Below are positions 21,601-30,861 of a DNA stretch of 64,000 bases, piece after piece (position 1 is the first letter of the stretch; each line of letters begins with the position of its first letter). This stretch comes from Corallochytrium limacisporum Hawaii. Taxonomy: Eukaryota > Protista > Pluriformea. The stretch covers positions 38,261-102,260 of the forward strand of contig PDIP01000040.1 of NCBI GenBank assembly GCA_002811645.1. Direction: 5' to 3'. The translations under genes were made by a program, and so were the position numbers. Below the pieces are notes generated by a model. That model was not told the DNA's origin and made no database searches. It was given only the letters and a program-made list of their open reading frames with translations.

Positions 21601-21680
21601 TAGCAACCCTTTACATTGACCTCGCGGAGATGGACAAAAACGCCAACGACAGTGATTCCAGCGACGGAGATCCCTTTTAG
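18636..21680 (+). CDS. KDM1A: Lysine-specific histone demethylase LSD1 family (SWIRM + FAD amine oxidase)
   Basis: SWIRM domain (YVYSRNWILALW...YLTIGGYINVG); FAD motifs IIGAGVAGL and EALGRVGGRV; DMGAMVLTGLSGNP; WHLANLEY; GFGCMEKVVL with the catalytic Lys; FAGEHTMRAYPATVHGA. Confidence 0.93.
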   Translation: MADANNNSMDSIPPEAPPTSGSTGRTRKATDEDSRASNEPTPKRRRESSDSNTGGSSRRRPSLGGDKASPVVTTVIKQPMSGSKPTMIQEEAEPTVDITGTTPLVAADAAGGTTTLTAEDPQNLEPRYLNGHLVTQDMINAAQQSRLLPFAMNYDEALQFPDVTNVNQVNDYVYSRNWILALWFSNVRRWLDYNDIATNPDFLNITHGLPYRLWRYLTIGGYINVGVVQKPTHTKEILSFPRRYHRLLARSQASTTVPGTMKAEDERMEIERENAMHAGHMRQHRKIKAAPKIAIIGAGVAGLSCARQLQNFGFNVVVYEALGRVGGRVWTRRTPDGVACDMGAMVLTGLSGNPLVHLLRQLSIPLTAVRSKCPLYDIDGLRVPADEDDRWESAFNKFLDACSMLPKDLKGAVDENGNKTLSLGEAFERVMEKCNQHSQTNMIAQLDKVKDAMAKFKQYLQKANTEAAVASNGGAGDGSASATAGGTGADAAETDEPSRPVRAAASAAKEASAAAASGAKDSAATAGDDGLPTDQALRQVAEELGRSQSYEITDLGKRCIEWHLANLEYGNANYLHNISLEYWDQDDGNEFLGTHVMVKHGYSAIPRGLANGLDVRTGHVIESIDYTAGDDGQVIIKGQAMKKDEPVVTNSSGSAPQIIIKGEDDQQKDVIQTGISSSAMANGGHIAPHDGQNVPIGVMGQIARAAEDRPSGVGDRDNVKKEEEDKQDTLYANNSGSADSIEMAPFLDEADHVVCTVPLGVLQRRKIKFNPELPHWKLDAIDNLGFGCMEKVVLRFNDQFWGNDADTFGIMGDDADRRGEGYIFWSLSGSFETPSLLAMLAGKAAMESRNVSDSELVDRVKAKLKEVFGSRFQEPIAHVVTRWSSDPFFGGSYSSLGRNARPEDYDLTAVPLASTGEAYKTVPISDRRNKTVPEAAPVTREAQEAAMHFFEATSQASLRLLFAGEHTMRAYPATVHGAHLSGLREAQRLATLYIDLAEMDKNANDSDSSDGDPF

Positions 21681-21907
21681 GTTCCAACAACTAAATGCAT
21701 CAAATCGAATCTAGTGCACATGGCAATAAGGATGTTTATGAGATTCTATGGTTTTTCTTTACGTAATTCTGCTACTTTCATGATCGGTTCTGCACATATC
21801 CTTCTCTGGCGCCCTCCAGTCGAAACATTTGACTGCTTGCACAGCGGCCTACAACATGTTTCCTTAGCTGACTCTTGATGGCAATGCGTTGTGTCGATTT
21901 TCATGTT

Positions 21908-23473
21908 TCACTGCAATTTCTTGTCCGCGGCAGCGTCCATGAAGTCTGCAGCCTCCTCCTCGATAAATTTGACCAGAACATCACTATCCGGAATTGAATC
22001 TGCGTCGCCGCTGATGCAGATACGAATGCCATCATTGTAGGAGATCGGTACAGCAAAGCAGGCCGCCTGACCCGGGGACACAAAGCCGAGCACGTCCTTC
22101 ACCCGACAGCCACACAGGGCAACCGGCAGGGGCGGACCCATGATGTTGCTGAAGTAGTAGCTAATAACCGGAGCACGCCCAGCCACAATCAGGTCCAAGA
22201 ACAGATCCGGCCATGTCACACTCATTGTTCGCACCAACCACCCGCAAAAGGTCGCCTCTGGGCTTGTCTTCTTGAAGCGCGTCTCGCGGTTTATCAGCTG
22301 GGCTCGTTCTACTGCGTTCTGCACCTTGATCGGCATGTGAACATAAAAAAATCCTTGAGCATTACCAATCGAAACAAATCCATCCTCATCAGGTTCCGGC
22401 AGTTTGGCTCGAAGATTCATTGTACAGACACCACGGAAACGATTAATATCATCTGGATTCTGGCCGTGGTGCTTGATGTACCGACGCATGCCACCGCCCA
22501 GGATCGACAGCAGTACATCGTTCAAGGTGATCTTGTTGGCCCTGGCAATGGGTTTCAAGTCACTAAGCATAAACTTTTTGGTTGCGTTTGCGTACTTGGA
22601 CGGGTGGGCGCGGTGCTTGCCATTGAATGGATTGACGTCGTCTCGGAGCAGCTGGTAAGGTACTGATACTCGCCAGATTGCGTAGATCCAGGCCCAGATC
22701 ATGTAGAAGAAAATCAGGATCGCCCGGATGGGACTAGGTACAGTCTTCAGGGGTTGGGCACCCGCGATAGCTCTACGCACACTCTCTTCCTTTTGCGCCA
22801 CCATTTGTTTGAAAGCGCCTCCCTGGCTCAGCGGTACGTTCAAGTTCTCTGCTTCTGTGCACAGATCGCTGATCATGGCTACAATCGCATCACCGTCCCC
22901 GATCGCATGGTGGCACCGCAACAGGAAAGCAGACTCATTGGTCGACGGTTTGTGGATGATGTGACCCTCCCATGGGGGTCGATTGCCCGGCATTGGTTGA
23001 TTCACGCGCACAGAGGCTAATTCTTTCAGAGCAACGACAATGTCGTCGGGTTCTGGTCTTCCCATCCAGTTTTTGACTTCGTATATCTGCGCGCTGACGT
23101 CGAGCTCCTCCAGTGGTTCGCTCCAGTAAAACGTCTTGGACTTGTCCAAAATTACCTGGCGCAGTCGGATGTATCTCTGGCTGAGGTTTGCAAAGGCCTG
23201 CACGACCTTGTCCTTGTCAAGGTGCCCATCCAGAACAGCACTGAATGTGATAAACGGCGTGAGATCGTGGTGTTTCTCCCGAATCAATTCATAGTACTGT
23301 CCATAGGCTGACAGGCGTTGCCAGATCTTGTTGCGGTTGCCTGGACGGAGCTGAGACTTGCGCATCGCCCGCTTTTCTTTGTGGGACCTTTCACGTTTTA
23401 GTTTGCCATTTGGTACGGCCAGGGGTTCCATTCGATTGATCATGGTTTCGATTGCCTGCGGATTTGTCCTCAT
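21908..23473 (-). CDS. Wax ester synthase / diacylglycerol acyltransferase (WS/DGAT)
   Basis: RPPWEGHII, catalytic HHAIGDG (HHxxxDG), TLNDVLL, NLR...GN, SNIMGP and ISYNDG; one internal hydrophobic segment. Confidence 0.92.
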   Translation of the reverse strand: MRTNPQAIETMINRMEPLAVPNGKLKRERSHKEKRAMRKSQLRPGNRNKIWQRLSAYGQYYELIREKHHDLTPFITFSAVLDGHLDKDKVVQAFANLSQRYIRLRQVILDKSKTFYWSEPLEELDVSAQIYEVKNWMGRPEPDDIVVALKELASVRVNQPMPGNRPPWEGHIIHKPSTNESAFLLRCHHAIGDGDAIVAMISDLCTEAENLNVPLSQGGAFKQMVAQKEESVRRAIAGAQPLKTVPSPIRAILIFFYMIWAWIYAIWRVSVPYQLLRDDVNPFNGKHRAHPSKYANATKKFMLSDLKPIARANKITLNDVLLSILGGGMRRYIKHHGQNPDDINRFRGVCTMNLRAKLPEPDEDGFVSIGNAQGFFYVHMPIKVQNAVERAQLINRETRFKKTSPEATFCGWLVRTMSVTWPDLFLDLIVAGRAPVISYYFSNIMGPPLPVALCGCRVKDVLGFVSPGQAACFAVPISYNDGIRICISGDADSIPDSDVLVKFIEEEAADFMDAAADKKLQ

Positions 23474-26400
23474 TGCGGTAGACTATGAGACGACAATGGT
23501 TCTTCGTTCCTCTCGCAATCTTCCGACTCTTAGTCTCCGACCAGCATGGAGACAGCTATTCGCTATATATGGTTTTGTTCTAGTTCAGATCCACCGAAAA
23601 CTTTCTTATCCCAAAAGGTGGGCAGTCTATTATGTACACAGCTCCGCCGCATACACGCACGCTCAGCACATTTTCTGGCTCTCCTTTCGTACCCGAAAGC
23701 CAAATGGCCGGGATCTATGCTTAGTCTGGGATCCCAAACATTGCAACCATGTACTTATCGAAAGGCAACCAACCACGCACGACAACCAAACAAAGGCGCC
23801 ACAAAACCTTGGCCACTATGTCACATGATGAGTTCATGAAACAGTCCCTACGACCCACAAAAAATGGGGTGAAAAGAGATGGCCAGCTGGGGATTGAAGA
23901 GATCAGTGAAACTGAGATGGCCGCAGATATCCCACTACTTATCAATCGTAATATCGCGGAAGTGTGCGTGCGCCGTGCTTTCTTTCTCCTGCATGTTGGT
24001 TACGAAAACTCGCTTGTGGCAAAGGCCATGTTCCTTCTTTGCGTCTGCGCACACACACCAACAGGCAAAAGAAACGCTTCCCCAGAGGCAAGCAAAAAAA
24101 AGGGAAGGGGGGGGGGGAGGAGGAGGAACCAAGGAGCGGAGTTGGTCAACTGCTGTTCAGGGCCCTTGCAGGTTTGACCCCCCCCTTCCCGATTGGTGCG
24201 CCATCGGTCCCCTCCCTCCTGCTTCCCCTCCCTTTTTTTTTTTTTCATTTCTCGCTCTCTCTCGCATTGCCCTTCTCTTAGTTTTGCCTATTCGTGGGGC
24301 GTCGACGCATCATCACCCTCTCGTGCACCCCCTCCCCTCCACTCCCCTCCTCCTCAGGCCAGCTTCCCCCCTCCCCCTCCCGCCACAAGGGGAGGGGGTC
24401 CCTTTTCTCCCGTTCCCCCCCCCCAAACTGACGCTAGCACACGGCTCCAGGAAGGGGAACAGCGGCCCAAAAACTTAAAACAAAGGAAAATGGAGAACAA
24501 GCGTCCAGAAATGCAAGAAAAAGAAGAATAGCCAAAAAAATGTAAAAGGGCAAAGATAAAGGGAAGGAAGAAAAAAGTAATGAGAAACATGGACCAAAAC
24601 CAAGCATTTTAGACTGCAGAAAAAAAAACAGAAGATGGAAAGCCAAGCAAATGAGCCCCGGGGGAGGGGGGTATTACATACCACGGCCTCCCATACGTCC
24701 CGTTCCTTCCACAACGATCCTATAGAAACCGCACACCACGACCTTCCCCCGCATGTTTCCCGGTCCGTGGTGTGGTAGTAAGTTGCCCATGGCAGACGCA
24801 CGATGGGGGCATCGTAGATTTTGCCTGTTGGTTTTTCTTCTTCTGGTTTCGTGGCTCTTTGCTCACGTGTGGTTGGTTGGAAGGGCAACAGGCGACGATA
24901 GCGCGATCTGCGTGAAGAAGTCAGGGTAAAAGGATGAGCAGTGTAGGCCCTTGCCAACGCGTACATAGCCATCACATCGGATTTGGGATCCCGCCCGGGG
25001 GGTGGGGGGGGGTTCGTTTGTTTGCAAAGAGCAGCACCGCAGCACCAAAGAAAAACTACCACCGAGCGTAATGGGTCAACGGCCGCAACACGCAAACAAG
25101 GCTTTTTACCCTCAACACTCCAGCACCGCCCTAGTTTTCCTATGAAATAAACCACTCCCCTCGCCGCAAACCCACCGGTGTTCCAGCTTTGTTCTCCCCT
25201 CATCCCCGCTCTCTCCGGTTTGTGTGGTCTATGTGTCTTCCCCAAACTCCATTCTCCTTCTCTGTGTGTGTGTGTTGGGGGGGGTCCTGCCAGCGTCTTT
25301 ATCATTCCGTAGATATATTACCACTACTATCTTTTCACCGGGTATGGTACCTTTTGCCAGGAACGATCGATTGACACCGTTTCATCTCCAGACGAAGAAA
25401 GGCAAAAACAAAAAGGGCAAAAAAAAATAGATTGCGTAGAGCAAAGCCCGGGCCGGGAGATAAGGCCCTTGGGCCTACTGATCCAAAGAACGCACGTAAT
25501 CTCCTTGCCCCACGCCAACGTCCCCCCCCCATATTTTTAGTAGCGGCTTATTTTGTGAGCTATAGCCCAGAGGTGCATACCGGAGCTGCGAATTGGAATT
25601 TAAGGGTTGCATTCTTGAACCGGCGACTGTTTGTTTTAGAAGGAAAATATAGGTCTAATACATAGGGTAAGGGCCTGTCCCTTAGTTTTTCCTTTTTGTG
25701 TTTTTTTTTCCTTTGGGGAGCGCGTTGTTTCACCACCCGTGTGGTTGGTTACGTTTCAGTGCTGGCAATAAAACTACTGCTTCGCACACAACGCAAACAC
25801 AAAAACAATCGACGAATGTATGAAATCGGTGATAGGTCCCAGGAGAGGCCGTCGGGGGTGGCCGCGAAGGGGAGGGTCCTGGAGAGAGGTGTAGCGGACC
25901 CCAACTCCAAAAAAAACAATCAAAAGGGGACCTCGAAGAAAAAAGAATGTACAAAACTAAAGAAAAAAAAACAAAAGGAAAATTAATGATCAGCATAGGG
26001 GGGTTACAGGCACAATGCTAGAAAGAAAAAAAGAAACACTGGGCGGTCATCGGTTCACTGCCCCGATGTGTGCAGAGAAAAAAGGGCCTGTTTTGCTTCG
26101 CACCAGCACCGGAGGAGAGCGAACTCGCAGGAATCCAGAGCGGGGTGTGTTCCAGCCCTTGCGGTAACCGGGTCATGGGGTGTGCTTCCTGTGGCATCCA
26201 TCAGGAGAGAACGGAGCAAGGAGACTGCTGATCGAACTGCACGTCCTACGGTATTCTCAATCCGTACTAGTCATTGGCGGCCATTGTACCTCTTAGGAGA
26301 ATCAGAGAATCCAACCGGTTCGGGTTGGCGTACCAGCATGTGAATTATTCTGCAAAGAAGACAGTTCATGGCTGTCATTGGCCCCAGCCCTCCGCAACCA

Positions 26401-27266
26401 GTTCATAAGCAGGAGCTGTCGAGATCTCAGTTCCACCTGCCCTCGTCCATTTGACAGCGAAATCGGGAACCCCCCCCTTTCCTCCCGCTCTTTCTTCACT
26501 CAGTTCAAAACCGTTTCATCCCCCCACACACACTTCTCCCATCGCTCCAGTACTACGACCTCGACAACCCGTCTCAGTGTCCGCCCACCCGCGCGGCTGG
26601 CCACATCATCATTCCATCTGTCACCCGGACGCGGGGACCATCTCGAGACTTGAAATTGGTTTCGGACCAACCAATTTTATTAGGCCCCCGATGGTGAAAT
26701 GGGATGGCTGAACGGGAGTCTATTTTCATGACTCGTTCCGGGTTTGTGGTTGGATCGGTGGGTGGTCTCCCTCCTGCCCCTGTGTAACAAAACCATTGGC
26801 TTGCTGAGTACCACCAGCTACTGCGCAGGTCCCGCCCCCCCCCCTTCGGGCAGTTATAGCTTGCGGCAGAAGGGCCACAAAAAGGTTGGCGGTACTGAAA
26901 CCACCGAGGTGGCCGCCTTCTGAAAGTACCAACGGTCCTACTGCACAACCACGGGCAACCGGAAAGGGCTGCTTTTTGGAGACGGAACCTTCTTCCGGGT
27001 ACTTCAGGGAAAGCACAACGGTCCAGACTGTAACACACTTTACAGATGTTTATGTCGTGGCCGAGAGAGACTTGGCTTCTTATGATACTCACGACCCAAT
27101 TAAGATAGGCCTCGTGAAGTGACAATGAATAGCTCACATCAGGTAGGATAGTGCACCAGGTGGTCAGTCATTTCTGGAAGGGGACAAAGATGACGCAGCG
27201 GGACCTGCGCCAGAAGAAGTCAAGTATTCCTTAAGCCAAGTAGCCAAATTCTTTTCAGATTAAAGG

Positions 27267-28622
27267 ATGTTGAAGGAGTTTGCGAACGTGTTCAGGCATT
27301 CCCGTTACTTGCTGGCGTCCTGTATTGTGTTTGGCGGCATCTCCTTCGTGGCCTATGTGAATCGACCACTGACGGACCGAGAATGGGATGCATATCTGCG
27401 ACGACACCGGAAGCTGCGCATCTATCCCAACACGATGAACATGGACGATGGGTTCGATCTGAGTCCAATCCTGCTCTCTGATCTGCATAAAATCCCGGAA
27501 CTATGGAAGGAATTGCTGAAGCCCAAGGACGATGAATATTCCCGCCGCTCAATCCCAGGCATGGCCCAGCGCAAGATCCTCAATCCCATGAACCCGGCCA
27601 TCGAATTTAATGAGCCCGATGAAAAGGGGAAGGGTATTCTAAGGGACGTGACCGACATGCAGCGAGTACTGAACAAGAAGCGATTCTACCGTATATACGA
27701 TCTCGACGCCGAAACGATTGAACGGCACCAGGCGGATCAGACCTACGGTACACTGTGGCCTTTACAGATCCTTGCCACCTCGGTGGTCGTTCCAGTAGTC
27801 AGTCTAGCCATGCGTGCAGCTATTGTCCTGCGAAATGACTTCGAGGTCCACGGGCAGGACCGACTGCGAGACGCTGTCCTAAATCGATCCGAAGGAAAAG
27901 CTCTGCTAACGTATTCGAACCATGTGTCAGTGCAAGACGACCCGGGCCTCATGTCATGCGTGATCCCGGCCGATATTTTGATTAATCACCGCAAAATGCG
28001 GTGGGGTGGGTGTGCGGAAGAGATCTGCTTCAAGACATCAGCGCATTCGGCCTTCATGGGCACTGGTAAGGTTATGCCCCTGCTGCGGGGTGCTGGTGTG
28101 ATGCAAGGGTCCTTCACGCGACTGATCTTGCGGGCAAACCGTGGTGACTGGGTCCACATCTTTCCGGAAGGCCACGTACACCAAGTTAAGGGTATCGATC
28201 ACATGCGCTGGGGGATTGGACGGCTGATCACGGAGACCAAGACAGAGAGCATGGTGCTGCCAATCTATATCGACGGCATGCAGGACTGCCTGCCTGACGA
28301 CCCGGAAACGCGGATCACCCGAAACACCATCCCGCTGGCGGGCAAGAAGGTGACCGTTGTGATTGGTGAAGCAGTTCCGGTCGGTGACTTGCACTCGGAA
28401 TATCAGCGGAAGCGGCGTGCGCAGGCCAGACAACATGCAGCGCACATGGATTCCCTCGACGAGGAGTACTTTAAACGTGCGACCGCAAGGGTGCAGGCAG
28501 TAATGGCAGAAATGGACCGCCGGTTCCGAGCGGGGCAGAGTCCGCAAGAAATCGCTCGCGCCGCCACGGACTTGGCAAAAGAGCACAAGTGGAGGACGGG
28601 TTCGGAGAACAAGTGGGCATGA
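27267..28622 (+). CDS. TAZ: Tafazzin (cardiolipin transacylase)
   Basis: LLTYSNHVSVQDDP (HX4D), MRWGGCAEEICF, RGAGVMQ, WVHIFPEG and RWGIGRLI. Confidence 0.92.
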   Translation: MLKEFANVFRHSRYLLASCIVFGGISFVAYVNRPLTDREWDAYLRRHRKLRIYPNTMNMDDGFDLSPILLSDLHKIPELWKELLKPKDDEYSRRSIPGMAQRKILNPMNPAIEFNEPDEKGKGILRDVTDMQRVLNKKRFYRIYDLDAETIERHQADQTYGTLWPLQILATSVVVPVVSLAMRAAIVLRNDFEVHGQDRLRDAVLNRSEGKALLTYSNHVSVQDDPGLMSCVIPADILINHRKMRWGGCAEEICFKTSAHSAFMGTGKVMPLLRGAGVMQGSFTRLILRANRGDWVHIFPEGHVHQVKGIDHMRWGIGRLITETKTESMVLPIYIDGMQDCLPDDPETRITRNTIPLAGKKVTVVIGEAVPVGDLHSEYQRKRRAQARQHAAHMDSLDEEYFKRATARVQAVMAEMDRRFRAGQSPQEIARAATDLAKEHKWRTGSENKWA

Positions 28623-28729
28623 ACATGTGGAAGCGAGCTTTGGACCCGTTCTGATGTCATAATCAAAAAAAGTCCCACACAGAGGTCACGTGCTATGCAC
28701 AATGTAGTCTATTTGAAATAAAAAGAAAT

Positions 28730-30091
28730 TTACGACAACCCTTTGATATTGAGCACTTGCTCCCACTGCTCCGGATTCATTGCCCGGCCCCAGGTGTCTG
28801 GCTGAGCTCGCATTTCAGCTAGGGCGAGGCGACAGTCCTCAGTCTCCGCGGCCCTCAGTGCCTCATTTCCGGGGTCGCCACCTTCGTCCCCATTGTCACG
28901 GTCCAGACGTTCCCACCGGTGCAGAACAATCGCAGCAAACTCGTTCAGTGACAATCCGGCTGCGTGACCTGCAAGTTTCGTACATTCCTGATAGAATTCG
29001 ACCTCTGTGGCCATCAGTGATCGGATGTCCGTCAAACTGTCCACGGCGGCCAAGAACTCTGCATGCAGGAGGTCCATAATCTGATCCAGGTTGGTCCCAC
29101 AAAACCAGTTGTGATTTACGCTGATACAGTCTGTCAGGTTTAGGACTTCATGATACCATCCCGAGGGAATGAAAATAGTCTCTCCTGGTTCCTGCAGGAC
29201 GGTGTACACCGTCAGTGGGTCCATACGGCTGTCCTCACGCCCCGTCTTTGTTGACCTATTCCGGAGGTTCCATCGCTGCGGTCGATCCGACACAAACTGT
29301 GACGGATTGATAACAATTTCACTAATCAGTTCCCGAGTGAGTAAAGTCCGGCTGTGTTCCCACTCTGCGGCGACCGATGCGGACGCAGGCCCGACTACGA
29401 GCCATAGCTTCCTACCAAAGACATTTGCTGACCAACTGTAGGATCCCATGACGTCGTGGTGGAGTGGGGTTGACGTGCCTGCACGTCCAATATACACAAA
29501 TCGGTAATCCGATCGGTGCTGGTCCTTCTGATCTTCACCATGGGCATGATGCAGTTGGTTCACCAGATAATCGTTCATCCAGTCAAGTCCCAACGGTTCA
29601 GGCATGGCGTATTTCTCGCACTCTTCCGGCACTTCTGCAAACAGATGCCAGTCCTTCACGTACAAATCCAGCGCTTCCTCGTTTAGGGACCCTGGGTTGA
29701 CTCTAGTCCACCAATTTTTCAGAGTCATTGTCGACCTCTGGTGTGCTTTTGAGGTGTCTACAGTGCTAGTTGATGCTACCGCCACGGGCACAGATCGATT
29801 TCCAAAGTCACCGATCACCGCAGGGATGCCTTCCGTCCCCCATGTGTTGCGGTAGACCCATCTATCAGTGAAACCGGCGTCAAAGATGGCAGGCAGATTC
29901 CGCTCAAGGATCCGTTGACGAAATTCTGTTACCGCATCTTTGCCGAAATCGGACATATGGAATCGTTCCACCCCGGAGAATGCGAGTGCAGCCTCTGCCC
30001 GTCGTTCGGCACGTACCCGCCGTGCTTCCTGAACGCAATCAGGCAGCAGATCATCATCTGCTGCTACTGCTGCTACCGATAGGACTCCCAT
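28730..30091 (-). CDS. JMJD4: JmjC 2-oxoglutarate oxygenase JMJD4
   Basis: LYVKDWHL, DWMNDY, DYRFVYIGRAGTSTPLHHDVMGSYSWSANVFGRKLW and QEPGETIFIPSGWYHEVLNL...SVNHNW. Confidence 0.92.
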   Translation of the reverse strand: MGVLSVAAVAADDDLLPDCVQEARRVRAERRAEAALAFSGVERFHMSDFGKDAVTEFRQRILERNLPAIFDAGFTDRWVYRNTWGTEGIPAVIGDFGNRSVPVAVASTSTVDTSKAHQRSTMTLKNWWTRVNPGSLNEEALDLYVKDWHLFAEVPEECEKYAMPEPLGLDWMNDYLVNQLHHAHGEDQKDQHRSDYRFVYIGRAGTSTPLHHDVMGSYSWSANVFGRKLWLVVGPASASVAAEWEHSRTLLTRELISEIVINPSQFVSDRPQRWNLRNRSTKTGREDSRMDPLTVYTVLQEPGETIFIPSGWYHEVLNLTDCISVNHNWFCGTNLDQIMDLLHAEFLAAVDSLTDIRSLMATEVEFYQECTKLAGHAAGLSLNEFAAIVLHRWERLDRDNGDEGGDPGNEALRAAETEDCRLALAEMRAQPDTWGRAMNPEQWEQVLNIKGLS

Positions 30092-30861
30092 TCTATCTCT
30101 TCCATGACGGTAAGAGACTTATCCTTCCATCAATCACTACTCCGTTTGTTCTCATCTGACCCGGCTGACCGCACCAACATAGGTGCGGTTCCAGAAGAAC
30201 GAGTCTGTGGTAATCCAGTGACCTTGAACTAGGTTCCATATCTCCTCACTATGTACTATATGCACCAGCCATTCTGGTTCATGCGAGGATCAAAGTTCCA
30301 AAGTCAAGATTGCTACTTCATCCCAACCTTGTCACTACCTTCAGCACGAAAGTTGAGTGCAAATCAAATCGGTTGACCCAATTGGGCAAGAGTTTGGTTG
30401 TGACCTGCCTCGGTGGGTCCCTGCAGTGGCCTGCGGACACTAACGACCAGAAAGGGCCGCCCTGGCCGCTTGCCGTTATCAGCACTGGGTTTCCATGGGC
30501 TCCCCTGCTACATACGGAAAATTCAAATAAATGCACTCATAGTACTAAAATTCATGCAATTCAACGACATATCAGATACGGACTATGAATAGAATGGGGT
30601 CTCGCTGGGGTCGCAGTAGGGGAGGTGGGTCTCCACTCCACACACATCGCACACGCCCTCCTTTCTCGGTGTGGGTCTCACGACATGGCTTGCTATTTTC
30701 GAAGTATTCACCAACGAATCGTGTACACCAGGCCGTCGACAATACGATTGATTCGTGACTGGTGTCATTGTCAAACCCCCAGGGTAGCATTATTGAAGTG
30801 CACCGATAGGGCAGGTTTTAGGAAAGAGGCAACCATGACATAAAAGGGCGAATTGATAGCC

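Noticed and set aside
23749-26343. Numerous 60-276-aa ORFs in low-complexity intergenic DNA (also 45468-47046 and 53405-55357)
   Set aside because: The translations are dominated by poly-P/G/K/F from homopolymer runs, mostly have non-ATG starts and show no recognisable motifs.
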